A DNA stretch of 64,000 bases from Alphaproteobacteria bacterium (GTDB lineage: Bacteria > Pseudomonadota > Alphaproteobacteria > Bin95), in assembly GCA_022827685.1 (NCBI GenBank), contig JAJEIH010000053.1, positions 56-64,055 of the forward strand. The letters are read 5' to 3'. The notes under the pieces were generated by a model. That model saw nothing but the letters and a program-made list of their open reading frames with translations, did no database searches and was not told the origin of the DNA. Positions 48,334 to 58,067 of the stretch are shown one piece after another. Numbering within the stretch: position 1 is the first letter of the stretch; every line of letters starts with the position of its first letter. The position numbers and the translations under genes were made by a program.

Positions 48334-50061
48334 TCAGGCGTCGGCGTAGCCGTTCTCCACCATCCAGTCGCGCATGACGAATTTCTGCGGCTTGCCGGTG
48401 ACGGTCATCGGCAGTTCGTCAACGATGAGCACATGCTTCGGCACCTTGAAATGCGCGATCCGGCCCCGGCAGAACGCGACCACGTCCTCAGGCGCGAGCG
48501 CCGCGCCCTCATGCGGCACGACCCAGGCGCAGACCTGCTCGCCGAACCGCCGGTCCGGGATGCCGAACACCTGCGCCTCCCTGATGTCGGGATGGCGGAA
48601 CAGATAGTCCTCGATCTCGCGCGGATAGACGTTCTCGCCGCCGCGGATGATCATGTCCTTCACCCGCCCGACAATGCAGCAGAAGCCCTCCTCGTCGAGC
48701 GTCGCAAGGTCGCCGGAATGCATCCATCCGTCGATAATGCTCTCGCGGGTCCGCTCGTCGTCGCCCCAGTAGCCGCGCATCACCGAATAGCCGCGTGTGC
48801 ATAGTTCCCCGGACTCGCCGACCGGGACGATCCTGCCCTCGGCATCGACGATCTTGACCTCCAGATGCGGATGGACGCGCCCCACCGTCGTCACGCGCTT
48901 GTCGATCGGGTCGTCCACGAAGCTCTGGAACGAGACAGGCGAGGTCTCGGTCATGCCGTAGCAGATGGTGACCTCCTCCATGTTCATCTCGTCGATCACC
49001 CGCTGCATCACCTCGATGGGGCAGCTCGCGCCCGCCATGACGCCGGTTCGGAGCGAGGACAGGTCATAGTTGCCCCGTCCGGCCTCCTCCAGCATGGCGA
49101 CGAACATTGTCGGCACGCCGTAGAGCGCGGCGCAGCGGGCCTCGGAAACCGCATACAGCGTTTCCGCCGCATCGAAGCCTTCGCCCGGAAACACCATCGC
49201 CGCGCCCTGCGTGACGCAGCCCAGCACGCCCATCACCATGCCGAAACAGTGGTAGAGCGGCACCGGGATGCACAAGGCGTCCTGCTCGGTCAGCCGGATG
49301 CGGCCGGTGACGAAGCGCGCATTGTTGACGATATTGCGGTGGGTGAGCGTGGCGCCCTTGGGCGAGCCGGTAGTGCCGGAAGTGAACTGGATATTGATCG
49401 GGTCGTCCGGGCTGAGAGATGCGGTGAGCGCGTCCAGCCGCGACATCTCTGCCGGTCCTCCGAGCCCCACCACGTCCTCGAAACGGAACAACCCGGGGCC
49501 CGGGTTATCGCTCATCGCGACCGCGATTTCGAGATGCGGCAGTCTCGACGACCGGAGCCTGCCCGGCTCGCAGCGTTCCAGTTCGGGCGCAAGCTCGCGC
49601 AGCATGTCGATATAGCGCGACGACTTGAAGGCTTCTGCCGCAATGAGCGCCTTGCACCCGACCGCATTCAGCGCGTATTCGAGCTCGAACGGCCGGTAGG
49701 CGGGGTTGATGTTGACGAGTATCGCGCCGAAGCGGGCGGTGGCGAACTGGGTCAGTATCCATTCGAGCCGGTTGGGCGACCAGATGCCGACGCGGTCGCC
49801 CTTGCCGAGGCCGAGCGCGAGCAGCCCGGCGGCGAGCGCGTCCACCTGCCGGTCGAACTCCTCATAGGTCAGCGTCCGGCCCTCCTGCGGCAGCACGACC
49901 GCCCGACGCCGGCCGTGGCGGGAAACCGCCTCGCCGAGCGCCTGCGGAATGGTCTCGTTTCTAAGCGGCGGCGCCGGCTCGCCCGCGACATGGGACAGGC
50001 CGCCCCGCGGCGCGCCGGGTTCTGCGAGGCGGGCAGCCGGGCTTTCGGCGAGAGTCGACAT
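48334..50061 (-). CDS. AMP-forming acyl-CoA synthetase / fatty-acid-CoA ligase
   Basis: AMP-binding signature [39 protein letters not shown]. The ATG at 50061 has GAGGAGGAG upstream. Confidence 0.85.
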   Translation of the reverse strand: MSTLAESPAARLAEPGAPRGGLSHVAGEPAPPLRNETIPQALGEAVSRHGRRRAVVLPQEGRTLTYEEFDRQVDALAAGLLALGLGKGDRVGIWSPNRLEWILTQFATARFGAILVNINPAYRPFELEYALNAVGCKALIAAEAFKSSRYIDMLRELAPELERCEPGRLRSSRLPHLEIAVAMSDNPGPGLFRFEDVVGLGGPAEMSRLDALTASLSPDDPINIQFTSGTTGSPKGATLTHRNIVNNARFVTGRIRLTEQDALCIPVPLYHCFGMVMGVLGCVTQGAAMVFPGEGFDAAETLYAVSEARCAALYGVPTMFVAMLEEAGRGNYDLSSLRTGVMAGASCPIEVMQRVIDEMNMEEVTICYGMTETSPVSFQSFVDDPIDKRVTTVGRVHPHLEVKIVDAEGRIVPVGESGELCTRGYSVMRGYWGDDERTRESIIDGWMHSGDLATLDEEGFCCIVGRVKDMIIRGGENVYPREIEDYLFRHPDIREAQVFGIPDRRFGEQVCAWVVPHEGAALAPEDVVAFCRGRIAHFKVPKHVLIVDELPMTVTGKPQKFVMRDWMVENGYADA

Positions 50062-50211
50062 GGGGGCTCCTCCTCTGCAAGGCGCCGGCCGTTCGGCGGA
50101 GAGTGCGCCAGTATGGAGTTCCGCCATTTTCTTCGCCAGCCCGCAGGCCATGACACCGGCGAGACATCCGGGCTAGGCTGCCGCCGCCGCTTGCACAACC
50201 GGAGGAACGGC

Positions 50212-51000
50212 GTGACCGACAAACTGCTTTTCGATGTCAGCGACAGAATCGCGACCATCACCTTCAACAACCCGGACAGGCTGAACGCCTTCACGCATGA
50301 GATGCTGACGGGATACCTGGACCGGCTGGAGGAATGCCGGACGCGCGAGGATGTCTGGGCGGTGATCGTCACCGCCGCCGGGCGCGGCTTCTGCGCCGGC
50401 GGGGACACCCGGCAGATGGGCAGCGACAAGCCGCCGACGCCGCTGGAGATCAAGTCGGGCCTCTGGGACCTGATCCAGAAGCTTTCGCTCAAGATTCAGG
50501 AAATCGACAAGCCCGTGATCGCGGCCGTGAACGGCGTCGCCGTCGGCGCCGGCATGGACATGAGCCTGCATGCCGACCTGCGCTTCGCCGCCGAGAGCGC
50601 GCGCTTCGCGGAGACCTATGTGCGCGTCGGCCTCGTGCCGGGCAATGGCGGGGCGTGGTTCCTGCCTCGCATCGTCGGGGTGCCGAAGGCGCTGGAACTG
50701 CTCTGGAGCGCGGATTTCCTCTCCGCGCAGGAGGCGCTGGAGATCGGCCTGGTCAACAAGGTCTTCCCGGACGACGAGCTGCAGGCGGGCACCCGCGCCT
50801 ATGTCGAAAAGCTGGTGAACTCCTCGCCGATCTCGATCCGGCTCATCAAGCGCGCCATGTATGCCGGGCTCGACATGGACCTGCGCAGCGCGCTGGACAT
50901 GGTGTCGTCCCACATGGTGCTGGCGCGCTCCAGCGAGGACCACAAGGAAGCCATCGCCGCCTGGCGCGACAAACGGGCCGGGAACTACAACAACCGCTGA
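50212..51000 (+). CDS. Enoyl-CoA hydratase/isomerase (crotonase) family protein
   Basis: Crotonase fold (GRGFCAGGD, AAVNGVAVGAGMDM). GTG start 7 nt after GGAGGA. Confidence 0.8.
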   Translation: MTDKLLFDVSDRIATITFNNPDRLNAFTHEMLTGYLDRLEECRTREDVWAVIVTAAGRGFCAGGDTRQMGSDKPPTPLEIKSGLWDLIQKLSLKIQEIDKPVIAAVNGVAVGAGMDMSLHADLRFAAESARFAETYVRVGLVPGNGGAWFLPRIVGVPKALELLWSADFLSAQEALEIGLVNKVFPDDELQAGTRAYVEKLVNSSPISIRLIKRAMYAGLDMDLRSALDMVSSHMVLARSSEDHKEAIAAWRDKRAGNYNNR

Positions 51001-51015
51001 CCCGCCGCCGACGCC

Positions 51016-51906
51016 CTACATCGCCGCTTCTTCGCCGGATTGCGCAGCGAAGATCGAACTGTAGCCGCCCGACCAGTCCGGCGGAATCGGGCAGGGGCGG
51101 GGGTCGTGCCGGGCGATCCGCGCGGGCGCGCCGCGGACGACTTCGCCGGTATGGCAGGAAGGGTCGGGATGCGGCGTGTAGGGCCGGGCGTCGGCGGCCG
51201 CGAAGGCGTTGAGCAGCAGCGGGCGACCCGCATCGGTCCGGCTCGGACAGGAATAGTGCAGCGTGCGGCAATTGTGGATCGTGACCGCGCCGCGCCGGCA
51301 GGTGAGGGTCTCGGCCTCGCCCGTCGCCAGGCCGGCGGCGTCTTCGGCCCGCAGGTGGCCCGCCCAATTCCCGTCCGCGCTGTAGAGGTCGTAAAGCGGT
51401 CCCCTGTGGCTGCCGGGGATCATGGACATGGGGCCGTTCTCGGGCCCCGTGTCCGACAGGTAGGCGCCGATGGTCAGGTGGTCGTAATTGGTATGCGGAT
51501 AGAACTGGATATCCTGGTGCCACTTGACCTCGTCGCCGCCCTCGAACCATTTGAAGTTCAGCTTGGAATGGTGGAACACGACGTCCGGGCCCAGCAGGTC
51601 GGCCGCGATGTCGGCCAGCACCTCCTGCACGAAGGCCCAGTAGGTCTCGTGCTGCTCGTCCGGGCGCTTGATGCGGCGCACGCGGGGATTGTCCGGGCCG
51701 TGTTCGGGCGCGATGTCGAAGACATGACCCGACTCCTGCTCCGAACGGCTCGCCTCCACCATGCGCCCGGTGACCGCCAGCAGCCGGTCGATCCACTCTT
51801 CGGGCACCGCATCCTCGACCAGCGCGAAACCCTTCTCGAAATAGTCGATGCGCGCCTGTTGCGGCAGGACCCGCGGCGGCTCGGCCAGAATGCGTTCGGG
51901 CGTCAT
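51016..51906 (-). CDS. Phytanoyl-CoA dioxygenase (PhyH) family oxygenase (second copy)
   Basis: PhyH-type pattern HQDIQFYPHTNYDHLTIGAYL...HNCRTLH. GGAGG RBS is present. Confidence 0.75.
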   Translation of the reverse strand: MTPERILAEPPRVLPQQARIDYFEKGFALVEDAVPEEWIDRLLAVTGRMVEASRSEQESGHVFDIAPEHGPDNPRVRRIKRPDEQHETYWAFVQEVLADIAADLLGPDVVFHHSKLNFKWFEGGDEVKWHQDIQFYPHTNYDHLTIGAYLSDTGPENGPMSMIPGSHRGPLYDLYSADGNWAGHLRAEDAAGLATGEAETLTCRRGAVTIHNCRTLHYSCPSRTDAGRPLLLNAFAAADARPYTPHPDPSCHTGEVVRGAPARIARHDPRPCPIPPDWSGGYSSIFAAQSGEEAAM

Positions 51907-51980
51907 GGGACAGGCCTCCGATGCTCCATTGCCCCGACTCTTGCAGCAGCCGGCCCCGCGCCGCAAGCCGGGAGGGCGGC

Positions 51981-52337
51981 ATGAACGATCTCTGGTTCCG
52001 CATTCTGCTCTTCGTCTTCTCGCCGCGCTGCTATGTGCTGCTGGCGGCGCTCGGGCTTGGGTTCCTGTTCGGCCTCGTCATGCTTTCCATCCCCGGCGCC
52101 CTCGTCTCCGACGCCGTGACCCGGTTCTTCTTCGGCGCGCCCGCGCCGGATGAGGCCCGGTGGCCGGCCGCCATCGCGGTAAGCTGGGCGGCGCCCTGGT
52201 GCATTCCCCTGCTTTACTGGAGCCGCCGGGCCGTTCGCCGCTGGCCGCGCCGGGTGCAGTGGGCGTTCCGCATCGCCGCCGCCCTCGCCTGGACCGTCGC
52301 CGTGGCGCTGGCGGTGGAAGCCTGGCGCCGCTGGTGA
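51981..52337 (+). CDS. Small hypothetical membrane protein (about 3 TM segments)
   Basis: Hydrophobic 118-aa ORF with a good RBS (GGGAGGG). No family recognised. Confidence 0.4.
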   Translation: MNDLWFRILLFVFSPRCYVLLAALGLGFLFGLVMLSIPGALVSDAVTRFFFGAPAPDEARWPAAIAVSWAAPWCIPLLYWSRRAVRRWPRRVQWAFRIAAALAWTVAVALAVEAWRRW

Positions 52338-52467
52338 GTTCCGGAATCGCCTAATTTTTGTCTCTGCCTACTTCTTAGGCGAATTTTACGAGGCGGCCGC
52401 CTGAAAATCAGTCTTCGCTGCTCTCGGGAACATTGCCCCGCCGGTTCCGGCGCCCGCTTCCGGAGTT

Positions 52468-52483
52468 TGGCACGCGGCTTGCT
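52468..52483 (+). promoter_or_regulatory. Sigma54 (-24/-12) promoter upstream of urtA
   Basis: TGGCACgcggcTTGCT exactly matches TGGCAC-N5-TTGCW. It lies 42 nt upstream of the urtA ATG, consistent with NtrC/sigma54 nitrogen control of urea uptake. Confidence 0.6.
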
Positions 52484-52524
52484 TTCCATGTTGCAGTGCA
52501 AACCGCACGCGGAGTCGAAACGCG

Positions 52525-53808
52525 ATGAACACGATGATGAGCCGCATTCGGAACCTTGCGGCGGCCGGCCTTTTGGCCGGAGCGGCAATGGTGTCGGCGG
52601 CGCCGGCCATGGCCGAGACGATCAAGGTGGGAATCCTGCATTCCCTTTCCGGCACGATGGCGATCAGCGAGACGACGCTGAAGGACGCCATGCTGATGCT
52701 CATAGACGACCTCAACAAGAACGGCGGCCTGCTCGGCAAGCAGGTGGAGCCGGTTGTGGTCGATCCGGCGTCGGACTGGCCGCTCTTCGCCGAGAAGGCG
52801 CGCGAACTGATCGAGAAGGAGAAGGTCGCCGTCGTCTTCGGCTGCTGGACCTCGGTCAGCCGCAAGTCCGTGCTGCCGGTGTTCGAGGAGCTGAACGGGC
52901 TGCTGTTCTATCCGGTGCAGTATGAGGGCGAGGAGTCCTCCCGCAATGTCTTCTATACGGGCGCGGCGCCGAACCAGCAGGCGATCCCGGCCGTCGAATA
53001 CCTGATGAGCGAGGACGGCGGCGGCGCCGAGCGTTTCGCCCTGCTCGGCACCGACTATGTCTATCCGCGCACGACCAACAAGATCCTGCGCGCCTTCCTG
53101 CATTCCAAGGGAATTTCCGACGATGACATCCTCGAGGAATACACGCCCTTCGGGCATTCCGACTGGCAGACGATCGTCTCGAAGGTCCGCGCGTTTGCGA
53201 GCGAGGGCAAGAAGACCGCCATCGTCTCGACGATCAACGGCGACGCCAATGTGCCCTTCTACAAGGAACTCGCCAACCAGGGCGTGATGGCCGAGGACCT
53301 GCCCGTCGTCGCCTTCTCCGTCGGCGAGGAAGAGCTTGCCGGCATCGATACCGCCCCGCTGGTCGGCCATCTCGCCGCGTGGAACTACTTCATGTCGGTG
53401 GAGACGCCCGAGAACGAGGCCTTCATCGAGAAGTGGCACGCCTTCATCGGCGACGAGGACCGCGTCACCAACGACCCGATGGAAGCCCACTATATCGGCT
53501 TCAAGATGTGGGTGCAGGCGGTGAACCAGGCCGGCAGCACCGATGTCGATGCGGTCCGGCAGGCCATGTACGGCCAGACCGTCCCCTCGCTGACCGGCAC
53601 CACGGCGCTGATGAACGTCAACCACCACCTCTCCAAGCCGGTGCTGATCGGCGAGGTGCAGGACGACGGGCAGTTCGAGGTCGTCTGGGAGACCGACGGC
53701 CCGGTCGTGGGCGACGCCTGGTCCGACTACATCCCGGAAAGCGCCAAGCTCACCGCCGACTGGACCTATCCGTGGGTCTGCGGCAACTGCGAAAAGCCGA
53801 TGTTCTGA
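52525..53808 (+). CDS. urtA: Urea ABC transporter substrate-binding protein
   Basis: Signal peptide plus the UrtA-specific LivJ-like body (ETIKVGILHSLSGTMAISE, C-terminal WVCGNCEKPMF). Confidence 0.9.
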   Translation: MNTMMSRIRNLAAAGLLAGAAMVSAAPAMAETIKVGILHSLSGTMAISETTLKDAMLMLIDDLNKNGGLLGKQVEPVVVDPASDWPLFAEKARELIEKEKVAVVFGCWTSVSRKSVLPVFEELNGLLFYPVQYEGEESSRNVFYTGAAPNQQAIPAVEYLMSEDGGGAERFALLGTDYVYPRTTNKILRAFLHSKGISDDDILEEYTPFGHSDWQTIVSKVRAFASEGKKTAIVSTINGDANVPFYKELANQGVMAEDLPVVAFSVGEEELAGIDTAPLVGHLAAWNYFMSVETPENEAFIEKWHAFIGDEDRVTNDPMEAHYIGFKMWVQAVNQAGSTDVDAVRQAMYGQTVPSLTGTTALMNVNHHLSKPVLIGEVQDDGQFEVVWETDGPVVGDAWSDYIPESAKLTADWTYPWVCGNCEKPMF

Positions 53809-53814
53809 CCGGGA

Positions 53815-55500
53815 TTGCGGCGGCTCCGACCGCCGCAGCCTTCCCGCGACACGGGGTGTGGAGCCTTGGCAGTCCGCAACGCTATCTTCCGTTTGGTCCT
53901 TGTCCTGTTCGCCGCCGGAGCCTGTCTGGCTCCCGGCGGCGGCAGCGCGTCCGGGGGGTTCGATGCGGCGCTCGTGCTGCTGGCCGGGAAATCGGCCAAG
54001 AAGCGCATGGCGGGCATCGAGGCGCTGGCGGCGTCGGCACATCCGGCCGCCGCGCCGATCCTCTCGGCCATGGTCGATGGCAGGCTGTACTACCGCAAGG
54101 ACGACAAGCGGCTGTTCGTCGTGGCCAAGCGGGGCCGCGAATTCGACCTGTTCGACCCGGTCGCGGGCGAACAGGCCGGGACGGCGCCGTCAAAATCGCT
54201 GAAGAAGGTCAAGGTCAACAACCGGCTGAGACGGGCGATCCGCAAGGCGCTCGCCGGGCTCAACCTCACCCATGCCGACCGCGCCATACGGCTCGAAGCG
54301 GCGGCCGGCCTGTTGAAATCCGCGGACCCCGGCCTTCGTCCGGCGCTGGTTGCCGCGCTGGAGCGCGAAGCCGGTGGGGATGTGCGGGCCGCCATGGAGC
54401 TTGCGCTTGCGGCGGTCGATATCGGTCCGGATTCGACACCGGCGGTCCGCATTGCGGCCGCGGAACGGCTGGGCGCCAGCGAATCGCCGGAGGCGCGCGC
54501 GCTTCTCGGGCGGGTCGTCGGCGACGCGAAGACCGACGCCGCCGTCAGGGAGGCCGCCCGGGCCGCCCTGCAGCAGATCGAGGACCGGCTTGAGCTCTAC
54601 CGCCAGTTCGGCGCGGTGTTCCAGGGCATCAGCCTGGGCTCGGTGCTGCTGCTGGCGGCGGTCGGGCTTGCGATCACCTTCGGCGTCATGGGCGTCATCA
54701 ACATGGCGCATGGCGAGATGGTGATGGTCGGCGCCTACGCCACCTTCGTGGTCCAGGAGCTGTTCCGTACCTTCGCGCCGGAATTCTTCGGCCTGTCGCT
54801 CGCCGTTGCGGTGCCGGCGGCATTCCTTGCCGCAGCGGCGCTCGGCGTCGGGCTGGAGCGGTCCGTGATCCGGTGGCTCTACGGGCGGCCGCTGGAAACC
54901 CTGCTCGCCACCTGGGGTGTCAGCCTCGTCCTGCGCCAGGCGGTCCGGACGATCTTCGGGCCGACCAACCGCGAGGTGGGCAGCCCCGAATGGATGAGCG
55001 GCGCCATGGAGCTCGCGGGCGGCGTCGCGATCACCTACAACCGCATCTGGATCATCCTGTTCTCGCTCGCCGTGCTGGCCGCGGTCATGGCGGTCATCCG
55101 CTACACCGCCTTCGGCCTCGAAATGCGCGCGGTGACGCAGAACCGGCCGATGGCGAACGCCATGGGCATCCGCTCGCGCAAGGTGGACTCGATGACCTTC
55201 GCGCTCGGCTCGGGCGTGGCGGGCATGGCCGGCGTGGCGCTCAGCCAGATCGACAATGTGAGCCCCAATCTGGGCCAAGCCTACATCGTCGACAGCTTCA
55301 TGGTCATCGTGTTCGGCGGCGTCGGCAATCTCTGGGGCGTGCTGGTCGGCGCGATGTCGCTCGGCGTCGTCAACAAGTTCATCGAACCCTTCTCCGGCGC
55401 GGTGCTCGGCAAGATCGTCATCCTGGTCGCGCTCATCCTGTTCATTCAGCGCCGTCCGCAGGGCCTCTTCGCCATGCGCGGGCGGGCGGCGGAGCTCTGA
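53815..55500 (+). CDS. urtB: Urea ABC transporter permease UrtB, with a ~230-aa N-terminal helical (HEAT-like) extension
   Basis: The C-terminal ~300 aa are a branched-chain-type permease (LivH-like). The exact start is uncertain. Confidence 0.85.
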   Translation: MRRLRPPQPSRDTGCGALAVRNAIFRLVLVLFAAGACLAPGGGSASGGFDAALVLLAGKSAKKRMAGIEALAASAHPAAAPILSAMVDGRLYYRKDDKRLFVVAKRGREFDLFDPVAGEQAGTAPSKSLKKVKVNNRLRRAIRKALAGLNLTHADRAIRLEAAAGLLKSADPGLRPALVAALEREAGGDVRAAMELALAAVDIGPDSTPAVRIAAAERLGASESPEARALLGRVVGDAKTDAAVREAARAALQQIEDRLELYRQFGAVFQGISLGSVLLLAAVGLAITFGVMGVINMAHGEMVMVGAYATFVVQELFRTFAPEFFGLSLAVAVPAAFLAAAALGVGLERSVIRWLYGRPLETLLATWGVSLVLRQAVRTIFGPTNREVGSPEWMSGAMELAGGVAITYNRIWIILFSLAVLAAVMAVIRYTAFGLEMRAVTQNRPMANAMGIRSRKVDSMTFALGSGVAGMAGVALSQIDNVSPNLGQAYIVDSFMVIVFGGVGNLWGVLVGAMSLGVVNKFIEPFSGAVLGKIVILVALILFIQRRPQGLFAMRGRAAEL

Positions 55501-55504
55501 TCCC

Positions 55505-56602
55505 GTGCGCCTGCTCGACCTCAAGGGACGCATTTTCCTGGCGGCGCTGGCGGTGCTTGCGGCCGGCGCGGCGCTGCTGAACCTTGCACTCCCGGAAAGC
55601 GCGGCGCTGCATGTGCCGAACTATGCGGTCGGCCTGATCGGCAAGTATCTTTGCTTCGCCCTGCTGGCGCTCAGCGTCGATCTCGTCTGGGGCTTCGCCG
55701 GCATTCTCAGCCTCGGCCACGGCGCCTTCTTCGCGCTGGGCGGCTACGCCATGGGCATGCACCTGATGCGCCAGATCGGCGAGCGCGGCGTCTATGGCCA
55801 CCCCGAGCTGCCCGACTTCATGGTGTTCCTCGACTGGAAGGAGCTGCCCTGGTACTGGCACGGCTTCGATTCGGCCTGGTTCGCGCTGCCGATGTGTCTG
55901 GTCGTGCCCGGCGCGCTGGCCTTCCTGTTCGGCTGGCTCACCTTCCGCAGCCGCGTCACCGGCGTCTATCTCTCGATCATCAGCCAGGCGATGACCTTCG
56001 CGCTGATGCTCGCCTTCTTCCGCAACGACATGGGCTTCGGCGGCAATAACGGCCTGACCGACTTCAAGGACCTGTTCGGCCTCGACCTGAAGGACGCCGG
56101 GATGCGGGCCGGCCTGCTGCTTGCCTCAGCCGCCGCGCTTGCCGGAGGCTACCTGCTCTGCCGCTGGATGACGGTCGGCAAGTTCGGGCGCGTGCTGGTT
56201 GCGGTCCGGGACGCCGAGCAGCGCACGCGCTTCCTCGGCTACCGGCCGGAGCACTACAAGATTCTCGCCTTCACTGTCTCCGCGATGATGGCGGGCGTGG
56301 CCGGTGCCCTTTATGTGCCGCAGGTCGGCATCATCAACCCCGGCGAATTCTCGCCCGCCAACTCCATCGAGATCGTTATCTGGGTGGCGGTCGGCGGCCG
56401 GGGCACGCTGGTGGGCGCGGCGCTCGGCGCGGTGCTGGTCAACTACGCCAAGAGCTTCCTGACGGGCGCGGCCCCGGAGATGTGGCTCTTCGTGCTGGGC
56501 GGCCTGTTCGTCGCCGTCACGCTGTTCGTCCCGAAAGGCATTCTCGGCGAAATCCCGGGGCTCCGGGCCCGCTGGCGGGAAAGGCGGGACGGCCATGGCT
56601 GA
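55505..56602 (+). CDS. urtC: Urea ABC transporter permease
   Basis: LivM-like permease. GTG start. Confidence 0.85.
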   Translation: MRLLDLKGRIFLAALAVLAAGAALLNLALPESAALHVPNYAVGLIGKYLCFALLALSVDLVWGFAGILSLGHGAFFALGGYAMGMHLMRQIGERGVYGHPELPDFMVFLDWKELPWYWHGFDSAWFALPMCLVVPGALAFLFGWLTFRSRVTGVYLSIISQAMTFALMLAFFRNDMGFGGNNGLTDFKDLFGLDLKDAGMRAGLLLASAAALAGGYLLCRWMTVGKFGRVLVAVRDAEQRTRFLGYRPEHYKILAFTVSAMMAGVAGALYVPQVGIINPGEFSPANSIEIVIWVAVGGRGTLVGAALGAVLVNYAKSFLTGAAPEMWLFVLGGLFVAVTLFVPKGILGEIPGLRARWRERRDGHG

Positions 56603-57356
56603 ACATCCCGCGATCAGCACTGCCGCGCTCTATCTGGACGGCATCACCGTCAGCTTCGACGGCTTCAGGGCGCTCAACCGGCTCAGCCTCTATCTGGAAC
56701 CGGGCGAGCTCAGGGCCGTCATCGGGCCGAACGGCGCCGGCAAATCGACCATGATGGATGTCGTCACCGGCAAGACGCAGCCGGACGAGGGGCAGGTGCT
56801 GCTGCACGGCCGCCACGACCTGACCCGCCTCGACGAGGCCGCCATCGCCGGGCTCGGCGTCGGACGCAAATTCCAGCGCCCGACCGTGTTCGAGGCGCAT
56901 AGCGTGTTCGAGAACCTGGAGCTCGCCTGCCGCGCCGACCGCCGCGCCCGGCGAACGCTGTTTGCGCGCCTGTCCGGCGAGCAGCGCGAGCGCATCGACG
57001 AAGTGCTGGACCTCATCGCGCTCCGCGAGCGGGCGGGCGACCGCGCCGGCCTGCTCAGCCACGGCCAGAAGCAGTGGCTGGAGATCGGGATGCTGCTGGT
57101 TCAGGACCCGAGCATCCTGCTGATCGACGAACCCGCCGCCGGCATGACGGATGCGGAAACCATGCGGACCGCGCGGCTGCTGAAGCGGATCGCAGGGGGT
57201 GAGCGCTCCGTCATCGTGGTCGAGCACGACATGGAGTTCGTGCGTGCGCTCGACTGCCGGGTAACGGCGCTGCACGAGGGCGCGATGCTGGCCGAAGGCA
57301 CGCTCGACGCGGTCTCGGCCAACGACGCCGTGATCGAAGTCTATCTGGGGCGCTGA
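56595..57356 (+). CDS. urtD: Urea ABC transporter ATP-binding protein
   Basis: Walker A GPNGAGKST, signature LSHGQKQWLEIG, Walker B LLIDEPAAGM. Confidence 0.9.
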   Translation: MAEHPAISTAALYLDGITVSFDGFRALNRLSLYLEPGELRAVIGPNGAGKSTMMDVVTGKTQPDEGQVLLHGRHDLTRLDEAAIAGLGVGRKFQRPTVFEAHSVFENLELACRADRRARRTLFARLSGEQRERIDEVLDLIALRERAGDRAGLLSHGQKQWLEIGMLLVQDPSILLIDEPAAGMTDAETMRTARLLKRIAGGERSVIVVEHDMEFVRALDCRVTALHEGAMLAEGTLDAVSANDAVIEVYLGR

Positions 57357-57371
57357 GGCGATGGCGAGACC

Positions 57372-58067
57372 ATGCTGACGATCCGCGACGCCGACCTCTA
57401 TTACGGCGCCAGCCAGGCGCTGAAGGGCGTGTCGCTCACTGCGCTGAAGGGCGAGGTCACCTGCGTGCTCGGCCGCAACGGCGTCGGCAAGACCAGCCTC
57501 ATCCGGGGGCTTGTCGGCCATGTTCCGCTGCGCCGGGGCAGGGTGGAGTGGGAAGGCGCGGACATTACCCGCCTGACAGCGGCCGACCGCGCCCGCGCGG
57601 GGCTTGCCCTGGTGCCGCAGGGGCGGGAAATCTTCCCGCTGCTCACGGTCGAGGAAAACCTGAGGACCGGCCTCGGCATGCTGCCGCGCGCCGAGCGGAC
57701 GGTGCCCGAGGGCGTCTTCAAGCTGTTCCCCGTGCTGCGCGACATGCTGCGCCGGCGGGGCGGCGACCTTTCCGGCGGGCAGCAGCAGCAATTGGCCATC
57801 GGCCGGGCGCTGGCCACCCGCCCGCGCCTCCTGGTGCTGGACGAGCCGACCGAAGGCATCCAGCCCTCGATCATCAAGCAGATCGGCGCGGCCATCTCGC
57901 AGCTCGCCGCACGCGGCGACATCGCCATCCTGCTCGTCGAGCAGTTTTTCGATTTCGCGCGGGAACTCGCCGACCGGTTCGTCGTGATGGACCGGGGCGA
58001 AGTCGTCATGCAGGGGCGTCCGGGGGAGCTCGATGAAGACGAATTGCAGCGCCGTCTCAGCGTCTGA
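57372..58067 (+). CDS. urtE: Urea ABC transporter ATP-binding protein
   Basis: GRNGVGKTS, LSGGQQQQLAIGRAL, LLVLDEPTEG. Confidence 0.9.
   Translation: MLTIRDADLYYGASQALKGVSLTALKGEVTCVLGRNGVGKTSLIRGLVGHVPLRRGRVEWEGADITRLTAADRARAGLALVPQGREIFPLLTVEENLRTGLGMLPRAERTVPEGVFKLFPVLRDMLRRRGGDLSGGQQQQLAIGRALATRPRLLVLDEPTEGIQPSIIKQIGAAISQLAARGDIAILLVEQFFDFARELADRFVVMDRGEVVMQGRPGELDEDELQRRLSV

Noticed and set aside
52492-52500. TGCAGTGCA palindrome as an NtrC enhancer site
   Set aside because: It lies downstream of the -12 element, within the urtA leader, rather than ~100 bp upstream where NtrC-type enhancers sit. It does not match TGCACC-N5-GGTGCA. More likely it is incidental or a leader structure.
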